Shown here in pieces: positions 24,901 to 37,399 of a stretch of 64,000 bases of DNA. The translations under genes and the position numbers were made by a program. Under the pieces are notes generated by a model. It had not been told where the DNA came from. It saw only the letters and a list, made by a program, of their open reading frames with translations, and did no database searches. The stretch lies in contig JAUZTB010000027.1 of assembly GCA_034780895.1 (NCBI GenBank), positions 44,217,689 through 44,281,688 of the forward strand, given 5' to 3'. The DNA comes from Rhynchobatus australiae (lineage: Eukaryota). Position 1 is the stretch's first letter, and each line of letters begins with the position of its first letter.

Positions 24901-26729
24901 ATGAATAACGTTTAGTTAAGATTTTGCCACTGAGAAAAAAGTAACGAAAAACGTATTAACCGCAAGTCCATGAAATTGAATGAACCTATTTGGCTATCTA
25001 AATCATACCTGAAGAATAAGCCGCCCATACTTGTTTAGTTTGAATGCGCTATCAGCTTGGAAAATTCGAGATATAACGGACCAAACGCTCCTTCAGATTA
25101 TTTTTCCCCTCTCCCACCCTTTCTTAACCCAAACAATTAAAGGCTCTACAGATCAATTCATTGCACAATGCATTGAGGCAATAGAAGTAAAACAATAGAA
25201 TTCAGAATAAGGTGTAACAGTTACAGATAAAGTGCAGTGCAGGTAGACAATAAGGCGCAAGGTCATAACGAGAGAGATTGTGAGGTCAGGAATCCATTTT
25301 GTCAAACTAGGGAACTGTTCAATAATCTTTTCACAGTCATTATCGGTACATTTTACAATAATAAACTAATTCCAAATCCCAATTCCAATTCTAATAACAC
25401 CTGGAAGGTAGATTAACATGATAAATCCTCTCCATTTCTCGCGCACAGATTGCGAATAGAATTTTGCATGCCACTGATAATAAAATGAGAACGTGATTCG
25501 CTATTAGGGAAAACTTGCGATCCAGATGTGACAATTGCCCAACACGCAATAGAAGTCGTCACTGAAACAAGGAAAGAATGCTTCAATGCTATTCATGCGA
25601 GTGATATTGAAAAAGACAAGGGAGCTTGTCAATGGATCGGCCTGTACTCTCGATTTAGAAAAGTGGAGGTAACCAAGTTTGGGTTATAAATGGGAACATT
25701 AAGAAATGTCCTCCATGAAATGAGATGCAGAAACGTTTCTATGGGCGATTGCAGAGTTTTTTCTTTGCTTTGTTGACAACATTGCACTTTCGCCAATGTA
25801 GGAGCGGTCAGTTTCTGTGATATCCAAGTGTGCGGGATAGCTGAAGAATATCGTTTTTTGGAGGCCGGACAATAGATGAAAGATCATTGGACGGAGCAAA
25901 CCAGGAATACCTTTCAAAATAGGAACGAGAGTCTAAAAATCATGGCATTGCATCACCATTAGCCAGCTTGGGAAAGTGAACTGAAAATGATCCAGAAATG
26001 TGCGAGTTGGTAGACAAGCAGCAGAGGTTCTGCCCTGCTTATGTTCACACACAGTAAATAGAGAGATAGAACATAATCATCCAAATTCACGTCAGATATT
26101 TTCCATAGACTATCCCAAAATTCCGGGTTGGTATGCTCAATATACTTAATAGTTACTCGTTTTTCATCTTCATCTTTCTTACCGTGCACAATTAGATGTG
26201 ATCCGCTACCATTTATTGCAACGCTGTCCTGACGGATCACTGAACACCGATAGACTCCAGAATCTTGGAAAGTTGCACCGTACAATTCAAAGTAGAAACT
26301 TGCTTTTCCTCGGAGACCAAATCGTTTTCTTCTGGCGGGATCTGAGCGTTGATATTCTTTCTCACCCTCCTTCCACCAGTAGACTTTTATGGTCGATTTG
26401 TCCTGAACGATGGGAAACACGCAGTGGAAGGTAGCATTTCCCCCTATTGCTACAAACCATTCTTTAGGTGATTGACTTACTTGGAACGAACGCTGATCCG
26501 CGGCTGTCAGAAAATGTAATAGCGTGTATGTTAATTCCGTGGGAGACGGCATGGAGATCGCAGAAAACTGAAACAATCTATGCAGAAGATTCACAGTTCA
26601 CGAATTCACGGACTCAACACTCCAATCAATCACATAACTAATTAAACCACAAAGGACAATGGGCAAAGTTGTACCTGTGTAAATATTCTCTCGGAGCGTC
26701 AGAAAGAGAATAATCGCACTCCCTAACAT
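18783..26729 (-). CDS. Gene B (whole span): SIRPalpha-like inhibitory receptor, leader-V-C1-(C1)-TM-ITIM/ITSM tail
   Basis: Exons 26729-26675, 26503-26183, 24886-24581, (gap)22512-22412, 21746-21633, 19727-19684, 19192-19091, 18953-18783 are all phase-compatible. Continuity across the N gap at 22513-22613 is unproven. Confidence 0.7.
19091..19192 (-). CDS. Gene B cytoplasmic exon 2 with ITIM-like AHYAAV
   Basis: GEENRMAHYAAVDFNRSRNVSRRKHYDETHASGQ; acceptor ctcacag, donor gtgagg; 102 nt, phase 0-0; paralog in gene D. Confidence 0.75.
19684..19727 (-). CDS. Gene B cytoplasmic exon 1 (DEGEGGMETNGCQEL)
   Basis: 44 nt, phase 1-0. Same length and ..GAGCTG|gta end as gene D exon 49975-50018. Confidence 0.75.
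21633..21746 (-). CDS. Gene B transmembrane exon
   Basis: GSGNFFYRVLAPCGAVVGLVIVILMVIFGMRFRRRKIE; uncharged TM with a basic stop-transfer segment; 114 nt, phase 1-1. Confidence 0.88.
22412..22512 (-). CDS. Second C1 exon, 3' part (5' part lost in N gap)
   Basis: TSTQPFHSDDNYTCMVSHVSLKTPAAVSYSVANG, nearly identical to the first C1; donor gtaacc. Confidence 0.8.
23520..23810 (-). mobile_element. Older V-SINE
   Basis: Reverse complement of tttgcacgttctccatgtgacc..gggttccttggg..tttccacccacatcc. Confidence 0.7.
23821..23879 (-). CDS. Possible short hydrophilic terminal exon (secreted isoform) DPTRLSFFSGASQRISTTQ*
   Basis: Lies where paralogs have their TM exon (~110-130 nt after the shared agcgaaaacaa intron motif); acceptor ccacagcag; phase 1; ends in TGA. 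Confidence 0.3.
24581..24886 (-). CDS. Gene B Ig C1-set exon (first)
   Basis: [55 protein letters not shown]; 306 nt, phase 1-1. Confidence 0.92.
26183..26503 (-). CDS. Gene B Ig V(J)-type domain exon
   Basis: AADQRSFQVSQSPKE..ATFHC..VYWWKE..FQDSGVYRC..NGSGSHLIVHG; 321 nt, intact, AG/GT boundaries. Confidence 0.92.
26675..26729 (-). CDS. Gene B signal-peptide exon MLGSAIILFLTLRENIYT
   Basis: 55 nt, donor ACAG|gtac, preceded by acceptor-like ttctgcag. Confidence 0.8.
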
Positions 26730-27887
26730 CCTGCAGAAGAGGTTCAAATGCTTCTGTAGTAACGCGTGTCTGCAAATATGAAGGAGCTTTGCGGTTTGCG
26801 TTCCACGACACAGGTCGCCATGATGTTTCATATCCTGTAACTGGGGCCGGAGGCTGATGTCAAATTTCCATCAAATCGTAAAAAACATGTTCAAGAACCT
26901 TCCGTCTCCGTGCATCGTGGTCTAGTGATATGAATGATAATATTTGTTGCAGTTATGTGCTTAATTTGAATTCATCCTCTAATTATCCATCTATATTGTT
27001 TTCAAGGCGGATTCGAGCGATTTCCGTGCATTGCGGTTGCATGTCATGGATATCTAAATAAATGATCTCTTCTTTGAATGGACAGTGTTATGGCGAGCCA
27101 TTTCAAAATTCAAAGCTTTCTATTTCAAGACATTTCTTTCTATTTCAAAGGTTCACTGGGCTGTCGGTGAAGATATTTCTCCTCATCTCTGTTCTGACAA
27201 TCAATACCTTATCTTGAGAATGTGGCTTTTGGTTCGTGACAACCAACCCGCTGGAAAAATAATTCTGCATCTACCCTTCATCGCCCAATATGGATTATGC
27301 TTGTGATAATGAGATCGCCTCTCATTCTTCTATATCAAGAGAGTGCTGGCCAACTCTGTTAAACCTCTCCTTATGCAAACCCACAATTCCTGGGATACAC
27401 TTGTGAAAATACACTGCAGCTGTCGCATATAGACCATTCTCAAGGAAGGAATATCAGTCTGGTACATGCGAAACGCAAACAGGAAACGCCATCAGTCCAT
27501 ATAAATGCAGTACTTTTCTAAATTCCTGGACTCAAATTCTCTTGCATTAAAGGGCATCATGCGTGCTTGGTTTCCTAATCACATACTGAACCTGCATATC
27601 AACTATTCAGAATCCGTGTGAAAGGACACAGTGGCGTCCTGAATAACAACATCTCCAATAAGCTTTTTTTAAAATCTGTTCTACTTTTTCTATATCTCGA
27701 CGTATACCACTTGTTAATCTTATTCAAATCATTGCTATGCTTGTGAACAGACAAGAGCCCAGTACCCGTGCCTGCAGTTTACTATTTGATGACCCCTTTC
27801 AATCCAAAAATGAATCCATATTCTTTGATTTCCGTCAGTTAACCACTCCTGAATCCAAAGCAGATAATTAACTGCGGAACTGTGTGC

Positions 27888-28139
27888 TGTGGCGACTTAC
27901 CTTTCACCAAGCGGCTCCCAGGATCGCGAGCGTCGTCGGAGCCCCGACACAAGAAGGCGCGAGGCACTCCTTGTTTGTCGGGCTAGTGGAGCCCGCGCGC
28001 AGGAAGGTCACGTGACCTGCGCGTGACGTCAGCGCGTGAACTGTGATTATTAAAGGGGCAGCGCACCCCAGTGGTTCATTCGGCTCTTGGACTCCTAACA
28101 AGTGTCTCGTGTCTTTATTCAGTGTAGCTGGCCGCTACA
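27888..28139. mobile_element. Solo LTR-like insertion
   Basis: Termini TGTGGCG..CGCTACA form an imperfect inverted pair. It is CpG-rich against an AT-rich background, contains CACGTG, TGACGTCA and TATTAAA, and is absent from the paralogous block near 33055. Confidence 0.7.
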
Positions 28140-29474
28140 ATGCCATCATTTTGCTTGATAATTTTGTGTGAGCACTTGTAAGGAGTTTTCCAGAAAGTCC
28201 AGATACAACACAGACGTTCGTTTCAACGTCAGAACATCCCCAAAAACTGTCAATTACGACTCAGCCTTCAGAAATCTATTGAGATTTTGCCTAATCCGGT
28301 TATTGTTTTTTCAGTGCCATTTTATAATTTCTGAATGCATTGATTCCAGCACTTTCCCTTGTCCCGATATCTTCATCTTTTTCCTTCTCCCTACTTTTGT
28401 AAATGGGTTACCTTCTTTGAATCTGCACAGTTGGAAGAGTTTTAGAAACGATTTTTTCACGGTAGAAAATCTAAACCTCTGTTCACCTTGACATTTTGTA
28501 TTATTTATTGCTGACACGTTTCCCACGTTTGATAGAGGTTACCTGATTTATTGAAAAAAATATATCATTGGATGCTCACACTGTCTATCATTGGCTTGTA
28601 ATGGTGAGATATGTGAGACCTTTGGGATCTTTTAACAGACAACACATTGACTGAAAAACAATCCAGTTTCACTGCGTTTATTTTATGCTGGATTTTATGT
28701 TCAAACCTACTACTTGGATGTGGCCCATTAGAGGAGATATTTCCTATTGAGAAGTGAGACACTTCATACCATTTATCATTTACAACTTGACCAAATTTTA
28801 TGCTTTAGAAATGAAAACCCCGCTGAAGCACAAAAAAAAACAGTAGTCTGACTTCAATATGTGATTACATTGAATCACAACCTGGAATCTTATATAACAT
28901 GAAATATTGTTGACAAATGCATATGACCATGTCCATTTGTATTTGTTATGATCTTTTCGATTCTAACTCAGATTCCTATTCATTTACTGATGTTAAAGCG
29001 TTTCCTACATTTCTCATTGAAGAAGTCAGCTGGAAGGATAGGAAAGGAAGGTGGGGTGATGATAGAATGTACGTCAGAGATTCTGGGAATACACTTGCCT
29101 GCACCAGCCCTCGATGNNNNNNNNNNNNNNNNNNNNNNNNNNNNNNNNNNNNNNNNNNNNNNNNNNNNNNNNNNNNNNNNNNNNNNNNNNNNNNNNNNNN
29201 NNNNNNNNNNNNNNNNCTGAACTCAAATTCTCTTGCATTAAAGGGTATCATGCGTGCTTGGTTTCCTAATCACATGCTGAACCTGCATATCAACTATTCA
29301 GAATCCGTGTGAAAGGACACAGTGGTCTCCCGAACACCAACATCTCCAGTTAGCTTTTTTTTTAATCTGTTCTACTTTTTCTATATCTGGAAATATTACA
29401 CTTGTTAATCTTATTCAAATCATTGCTAATAGTTACTTAATAGTTACTCCGTATTCATCTTATTTTTTTCTTAC

Positions 29475-30033
29475 CGTGCACAATAAGATGTGATCCGCTG
29501 CTATTTACGCTAATGCTGTCCTGGCGGATCACCGAACACCGATAGACTCCAGAATCTTGGATAGTTGCACCGTACAACTCAAAGTAGAAACTTTCTTTTC
29601 CTCGGAGACCAAATCGTTTTCTTCTGGCGGGATCTGAGCATTGATATCCTTTCTCACCCTCCTTCCACCAGTAGACTTTTATTGTCAATTTGTCCCGAAC
29701 GATGGAAAAAACGCAGTAGAAGGTAGCATTTCCCCCTATTGCTACAAACCATTTCATTGGGTGATTGACTTACTTCGAATGAACGCTGATCCGCGGCTGT
29801 CAGAAATGTCATCGGGTGTCTGTTAATTCCTTGTCAGACAGCATTGAGATGTGTGATAAATGGAAAGAATCTATACAGAAGATTCACATTTCACGAACTC
29901 ACCGTCAAAACAGTACGAGGAATCACTTAACCAGTTAAAGCACATGGACCACTGTCATACATCACAGTAAAGATGTACCTGTGTCAATTATCCTTCGGCG
30001 AGCCAGAAAGAGAATAATCGCACTCCATAGCAT
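29475..30033 (-). pseudogene. Pseudogene C: leader (29979-30033) plus frameshifted V exon (29475-29796), close paralog of gene B
   Basis: V exon is 322 nt versus 321 in gene B; a +1 insertion near SQSP causes an early TGA. The leader is degraded (MLWSAIILFLARRRIIDT) and no C1/TM follows. Confidence 0.8.
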
Positions 30034-31292
30034 TCTTCACTGGAGGTTCAATTAACTCTTTAGTATCAAGTGTCCGCAAGTGTGAGCGAACTTTGTGGTT
30101 TGTGACCCGTGACACCAGACGTCATGATGTTTCATATCCTGTAACTGGGACCAGAATGTTGAATTCCTTTGTTGGAAAGGATTTACTAACCTACTCTCAT
30201 ATGTCTACTAGAAATCGGGTGTGCCGCGTACAACAGAAAAGGGGGAAAGATACAACTTTTTTCTAAGTTTCATTACTTTCTTGCAAGATGCATCCGTCTA
30301 ATAATATGTACAAAATTTTCGGAGTTACCTTTGCATTTGAATATCTGGTTGATGTACAGGCTAACGGCCTGAATGTGTGATGGGCGATCGTGAACCATTG
30401 CTCTAACCACTGACGTGGATCTGGCTGAGCTTCCGTCAGAATCTGGCTGGCTGGAAAAAGAGTCTCGCCTCCTGCGTCGAGTAAACCTCATTTAGTCGCT
30501 CACTTCTGTGAGCTCAACGTGCAGCCGTTTACTTGCAGAATTCCAATCACTATGATAGCTTCCCTTACCTTCAGTTCCATCGGGGTCAATATATCGCGGA
30601 GGCTTGGAGAGCGGAAAGGACGTAAACATAGAATACCTCCTGCCGAGAAATAAACACGGATGGGTGATTATCTGTGTACATCGATTTGGTGAACATCTTC
30701 AGAAGGTAAACTTTAGCGAGGTTTAAATGTTAATTTACAATTTCTAAGAATAAGTTTTACATTCTTTACCAACTCTACATTTATAACTTCTGTGTCATTA
30801 ATGATTTACAACTTCAAAGGGGTGTCATTGATTTTGTCTATCTTGTGTGCAATTCGCGATTTTCATGCAAGCTGATAATTATTGATCTGCTCTCTGCTAA
30901 TTTCAGTTGCATGTTTTTTTTGGATTCGATTTCTTTACAGTATTTATCTAACGGTGATAGTTGTACGTAATATATATTTTCAGCCAAACGTTTTCATTTC
31001 GCTGTTCATTAGCAATAGCGTACAATTGCTGGTCTTGCCAGCAGTGCGCGAATCCCAGCCATGGAACAAACATACTTTACATCCTTGTATTTTCCGCAAC
31101 TACTTTAGAATAGACGAAATATTCAGCTCTTCCTGCTTTTACTTTGAGGAACATTCTGAAATCAGAGGGAAGGAAAGAAGTTTGTCATGAAGTATGTTAC
31201 TTATCATTGTGTGAATTGATGGATGTTATTTTTCAACAACAAGTCTAGACAATATACCAATCGGACGCGCAGCATTAGAACGCGAAAACACA

Positions 31293-31788
31293 TGAAGTGA
31301 GATCACACTCGTGGGGTTAATAACATTGCAGAGCTCATCAGCGATTTTCTCATTATCGTATGATGCAGCGATTCAAGGAAAAATTCACTGAACTCTTCAA
31401 AGCGTATTTAAGAGAAAGAGCACTCCATTTAACCGCCATTTCAGCTTTCGATGAGAACATTCCTGACTGTGACCTAATTGATTTTCACAATTTCCATTTA
31501 AAAGTTAGTTAACATGTTGTTGTCCATGTAACGTTAAAAGTAACAATTCAACAGCCAAGTAACAGCATCAACAGCCATTTTCGGTACTTCATCCACGCAC
31601 TGATTCTAGTTTTTGCAGTCCCGGACGACGACACCCGTAGATATAACTTTACCTTCCCTCGTCGTTCTCTTAAATACACCTTGAAAATTTCAGTGAAATT
31701 GTCCTTGAATCACTGCGTCATACGATGAGGAGAAAATCGCTGATGAACTCTACAATGTTATTAACCCCACGAGTGTGGTCTCACTTCA
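31293..31788. repeat. Long inverted repeat (~125-bp arms 31293-31416 / 31665-31788, ~250-bp spacer)
   Basis: gaagtgagatcacactcgtggggttaataacattg.. is the reverse complement of ..caatgttattaaccccacgagtgtggtctcacttc, with scattered mismatches. Confidence 0.85.
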
Positions 31789-34700
31789 AATACGGACACC
31801 TCGAGCTTTCGTTTTTCTCTGTCTCTTGACTCCACTCCCCCCACCACTTCTCCTTTCTCATTTCTCATTTCTTTTTTTCTTTTTCCCCTTTTCCTTAGAG
31901 TAGATTCGATGGTCCGAATGTCCTATTTCTGCTCCCTTATCTTGTGATCTTAATTATTGTCGGTCATCTTATAAAACCGTTAAAGCCGCAGGCTGGTAGG
32001 CAATTTTCTGCCGTACCATAAAAGCATGCTCAAGGACCTTAGGTCTACGCACATCAAGGTCCAGTAACATTTATGATGATCTTTATTGTCTTTGTGTGCT
32101 TAGATTGGTTTCATGCTTCAATTATCCATCCATTTGCTTTTCTAAGATAACGTCAAAAGACTTCCGTGAATAGTGGTTGCATACTATGGATATAAAAAGT
32201 TACTCGATCTTGTTTTTGAATGGAGAACGACCAACAATAGAAGGTANNNNNNNNNNNNNNNNNNNNNNNNNNNNNNNNNNNNNNNNNNNNNNNNNNNNNN
32301 NNNNNNNNNNNTTACTAGGTTGTCGGTGAAAAAAAATTCTGCTCATTTCTGTTCTGACGATCAATGCCTTATCATGAGAATGTGGCTTTTTTTTTCCTGT
32401 CAAGCAAACCTGTGAAAATACTAACTCTGCTTCTACATTTTTAATCCCAATAATATTCTCTGAATGAGACAATGAGATTTCCTCTTATTCTAAACGAAAT
32501 AGAATACGGCCCGAGTCTCTTTAATCCGTCTTCATGCAAACCCCAGGAATCACACTGGTGAAAATACACTCCATCTGTAGCAACAATATCATTCTCAAGG
32601 TTGGAACATCACAATATCACTCTAACACACGTTATCTACAACTAGGAAACTCCAGCCGTCCATCTAATTGCAGTAAGATATTTTTATTCATTTACTCAAA
32701 TTCTCCTGCATTACAGGACATTATACGGACGTGCTTTCCTAATTGCATGCGGAATCTACTTGTCAAAACTGTGGAATTCGTACAAAGGGCCGCCAAGGTC
32801 TCTCTGAATACAAACGTCTCTCAACATCTAAAAAATTCTGTTCTTCTACTACTTCTGCATCAGGGAACATAACACTTGTCAACCTCATCCGAATCCTTAC
32901 TACGTCTGCGAGCAGAGATGGACCCAGTACCAGTCCCTGCAGTGCGCCACTTGTAAAATCTTTCTAATCTACAAGGAAATCGCTTATTCCTGGCAGCTAA
33001 TTTCTATCTCTTAACAACTCCTCAATCTAAAACAATAGGTTCCTTGCGAAACTATGTGATCTCACTTTGTATGATCCCTAGACAGAGATATCCTGGAAGA
33101 ACAGACAAAATATCACTTAATTCCAACCTCATAACATCCCCAAGAGTTGTGAATTACGACTCCCTTTTCTGAAAACTATGGAGATTTTGTCCAATATTGT
33201 TATCGCTTTCTTGGTGCCATTTTGTAATTTCTGTAATAACAGATTCCAGTATTTTCCTTTTTTTGATGTTAGGCCAAATGATATATTCACCTTTCTCCCT
33301 CTCCTTATGTCATAGTTCTGAGTTCTGGCCCTCAATTTGGCTCCTTTAATGCCTAGTTATGTCACAATGTTGATCAAAGAGCAAGCTCACAGAGAACCCA
33401 AATGCAACACACCGATTCAAGACTGGAGTCCGGATACTTCCTCTGGACAAAACACAGGCAGCAACTGGAAGGAATCCTGCCCATCTTCAGAAAGTAATAG
33501 GGAACGCAGGATTGCTCTAGAGTAGACCACTCTCAGCATCTCGGAGCCAAATTATACCCAACGGTAGACCAATAGTCTGGCAACTAGTGCTTGTCATGGT
33601 TCTGAGTTCTGGCCCTCAATTTGGCTCCTTTAANNNNNNNNNNNNNNNNNNNNNNNNNNNNNNNNNNNNNNNNNNNNNNNNNNNNNNNNNNNNNNNNNNN
33701 NNNNNNNNNNNNNNNNNNNNNNNNNNNNNNNNNTTAAATAAAATAAACGATTTTGTACTTTCTTTTTGTTACTCATTATTACAACTTCCCCAAATTTCAT
33801 CCTCAAGAAATGAAAACACAACTGATCACAACTGATCAAGACTATCATTTGAATATGCGGTTGCCTTGAATCAGTACCAGGAATTTTACATAACGGACAA
33901 TAATGTTAGCACTTGCATAAGACCATGTGCATTTTGGTTTGTTATGATCTTTTTTTAATGTAACTCAGGTCATTATTTCATTCAGTGATGTTAAAATGTT
34001 TCCTACATTTCTTATTCTCAGGGATTATCTGGAAAGACAGGAAAAGAAGGCGGTGCTAATGGATGCGCGAAAGGAAAGGGGAGACACTGACGTCATACCT
34101 GCTTGCCCCAAGCCCCAATGAATTGTAGTGTTCTTTCTTCATTTGACTTTGGAGTAATTCAGGCGGATAGCACCGCAAAACTACTGAACATAACTAAAGA
34201 AAATTAATTGCTGTACAAAACATTATCTTCATTATTGTAAACTTCAATACAAGGGATGGCATTTCATGCAGATTGTGCACTCTGAAAAATTAGCACAAGT
34301 TTCTGAGACACCATTCTTAAGGTAACTTTGGAAATGGAACAGAGACCCTCTTTATCTTCGCAGACAGTGTAAGGGCAAGTGCTACATCTACTGAGAGAGC
34401 AGGGGAAAGTGCCAGGGTTCAGGTATGGATGGGTGTGGAGGGAGTCACGGAGGGACTGGTCCCTGCGGAAGGCCGTAAGTGGTGGGGCAGAGAGAATGTG
34501 GCTGGTGGAGAAATGTCGTTGCAGCTAGAGGAAATGACAAAGGATGATCTGCTGGATGCGGAGGCTCATAGGGCGAAAGGTGAGGACCAGGTGAACTCTC
34601 TATGTTCTGTCCCGGGAGGAGGCGGGGTGAGAGCAGAAACATGAAAAACAGAGGAGATGCGATTTCGGGCTCCATCAATAACAGCAGAAGGGAAACCGCG

Positions 34701-35509
34701 CTTACTGAAAAAGGAGGACATTTCAGATGTCCAGGAATTGTTTTCAGACTGTCACGCAGATATGAATTATTTTCCACTTTATTCCATTTATAACATACAC
34801 CATGCATTCTAACTGCTATTTAATTTTGTGACTAATTCGGATACCTCCCTTAATTAAACAGTTCCTCGATATCAAAGATTACCCATTTCCATAACCTTTC
34901 GCAGGGTCATGAGGTGGCTTATAAAGCCAGTGTGCATGCTGCAAACTCTGCTTCAAGTGGGGGCAGAAGGTCTTAATGAAGTGGGGCCTCGTCAGTTTAG
35001 GAACAGATGTGCGCCTTTTGCGTTGGAAGTCTGTGTGCTTTCGACGAAAGGGAACACAGTTCTCAAAGACGTCCAATGTTTCTTTTCTACTAATCTCCAG
35101 GGGCTCCCAATATCTGAGGGGTGACATTTTAAGGAGAATTAAGACAATATTAGAATATGTTTTTCCTATTCATGTGATAATCCAGCCACACAATTGATGG
35201 GAAAATCATTGCTTCAGAAATCTCTTGGTGAATATGGGAAAGAAGAGGCCAGTGCCAGCTGTGAACAATTCTGGCCAAAGCAAATGGTTGTTAGACTGAA
35301 AAACGGTGCTACCTTTGGATTAATTATCATGCTAGTGAATTCGGAAAACAAGGCAGATTTCGCGTTGCTGAGATCTTTCCAATGATTTGAGGTGCCTACG
35401 TCCGACTTTGCATGATGAAAAATCGTGCAGGAATGCAGGGATGACTGCCGCACAGTCGAGCATGTACATGATGGAGAAATTGAGGTCCTGATCTTCAAAC
35501 AATCCATAG

Positions 35510-36505
35510 AACCATAGAAATATAGAAAAGTACAGCACTCTACAGGCTCTTCGGCTCATAATGTTATGCCGACCTTTAAACCTCGCCTAAGACCATCTAA
35601 CCCCTTCCTCCCACATATCCCTCTATTATGAATCCTCACAAAGCCATGCTGGCTATCTCTAATCAGACCATAATTCTCTAAATGCTCATATATCCTTTCC
35701 AACGGCTTGCCCACTGCAGACGTAAGGCTCACTGGTCTATAATTCCCTGGACTATCCCTACTACCTTTTTTGAATAAGGGGATATTTGCAAACCTTCAAT
35801 CCTCTGCTACCATTCCCGTGGACANNNNNNNNNNNNNNNNNNNNNNNNNNNNNNNNNNNNNNNNNNNNNNNNNNNNNNNNNNNNNNNNNNNNNNNNNNNN
35901 NNNNNNNNNNNNNNNNNNNNNNNNNNNNNNNNNNNNNNNNNNNNNNNNNNNNNNNNNNNNNNNNNNNNNNNNNNNNNNNNNNNNNNNNNNNNNNNNNNNN
36001 NNNNNNNNNNNNNNNNNNNNNNNNNNNNNNNNNNNNNNNNNNNNNNNNNNNNNNNNNNNNNNNNNNNNNNNNNNNNNNNNNNNNNNNNNNNNNNNNNNNN
36101 NNNNNNNNNNNNNNNNNNNNNNNNNNNNNNNNNNNNNNNNNNNNNNNNNNNNNNNNNNNNNNNNNNNNNNNNNNNNNNNNNNNNNNNNNNNNNNNNNNNN
36201 NNNNNNNNNNNNNNNNNNNNNNNNNNNNNNNNNNNNNNNNNNNNNNNNNNNNNNNNNNNNNNAATGTGAGAGAGGAAAAAGTGAAGGGGACCTGAAAGGC
36301 AGCTTATTCACACAGCGGGTGGTGCGTATGTGAAACGAGCTGCCAATTAAAGTGGTCAAAGTGGGTACGATTACAGTGTTTAAAATGAATTTAGACAAGT
36401 TTTCGGGGGATATGGACCAAACGCGGGCAAATGGACCCAGCTCATATGTGCACGATACAGATGAGCTTGACCGAAGGGCTAGTTTCCGTGTTTTACAACT
36501 TCTTA
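35510..36505. mobile_element. CR1-like LINE fragments flanking a gap (minus then plus)
   Basis: accatagaa tail repeats and an RT piece on minus; ERGKSEGDLKGSLFTQRVVRM 3' end on plus. Confidence 0.75.
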
Positions 36506-37399
36506 ACTCTATTAATCCACAGTGAAGCTTCTCGGGGTGACGTAGAATTAAAGTCTGGTGGCAAAATATAGACTTCCTTGACACCAATCGACACAGAGGT
36601 TTGTCCTATCATGTGCTAAGTTCATGTCTTGAATTGCATTATTTAGCAGTCAGAAAGTAGAGATGTATTTGAGAAGAATGTTCCACATTGCCCCTCGATT
36701 GATGGAGTGAAACGCTCCATGAAAGTCAAAAAGCCGTACAATCTGTGTAAATCTGAATGCAGACAGAGGCTACTACGTTTTTTTTAATGGAATACTGCAG
36801 TCGTGAGAAGTGTTCAATGAAGAGCAAGCAAGCTCCCTGCAGAGATTATGCTTTTATGCATTCCCGGATTTTAACCATTCCACTATTCATGACCATGCCT
36901 TCAGTTGTTTTGGTGTAAACCCACCAAATCCCTACTCCAATGCCTTCTGCAATTCTATGGTGGCTATCTCCTTTAAGACACTCATGAAAACATGCCTCCG
37001 TCATTGCTTAGTTTTCCTGCCTTGGTTTCTCATCAAAGTGGATTACTGTCATGTGTGGTTTGATAAAGATTGAAGCATTGTGGGCTAATAAGTGAAAATT
37101 CTATATGTAAATTATCATGTTATCCCTGCCCTGTAATGAAAGTTTATCTGAACTAGTGCATTGGCTTGACATCGCACGAATTTACTTCTTTACAAGATGT
37201 TGACGTCTTTGACAATGCTAGAAATTACGTATTATCCATAAGCGCACCTGAATTTATAAAGTGGTTGTGTTCACCTTAACCCCTCAAGGAAAATATCCCT
37301 TCAAGCCACAAACCCCAACAGGAATTGCAGTTGAACCTCAACTGATAATGTCGCGATAAGGCAAAGGAAAATGGTTATAATGTTACTAAAAATGAGCAG

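Larger units (their letters stand above)
26845..34130 (+). repeat. Segmental duplication of upstream region: ~26845-29100 vs ~31985-34130; 27530-27740 recopied at 29217-29428
   Basis: Colinear blocks of clear similarity read by eye; the 27530/29217 pair is nearly identical. Confidence 0.8.
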
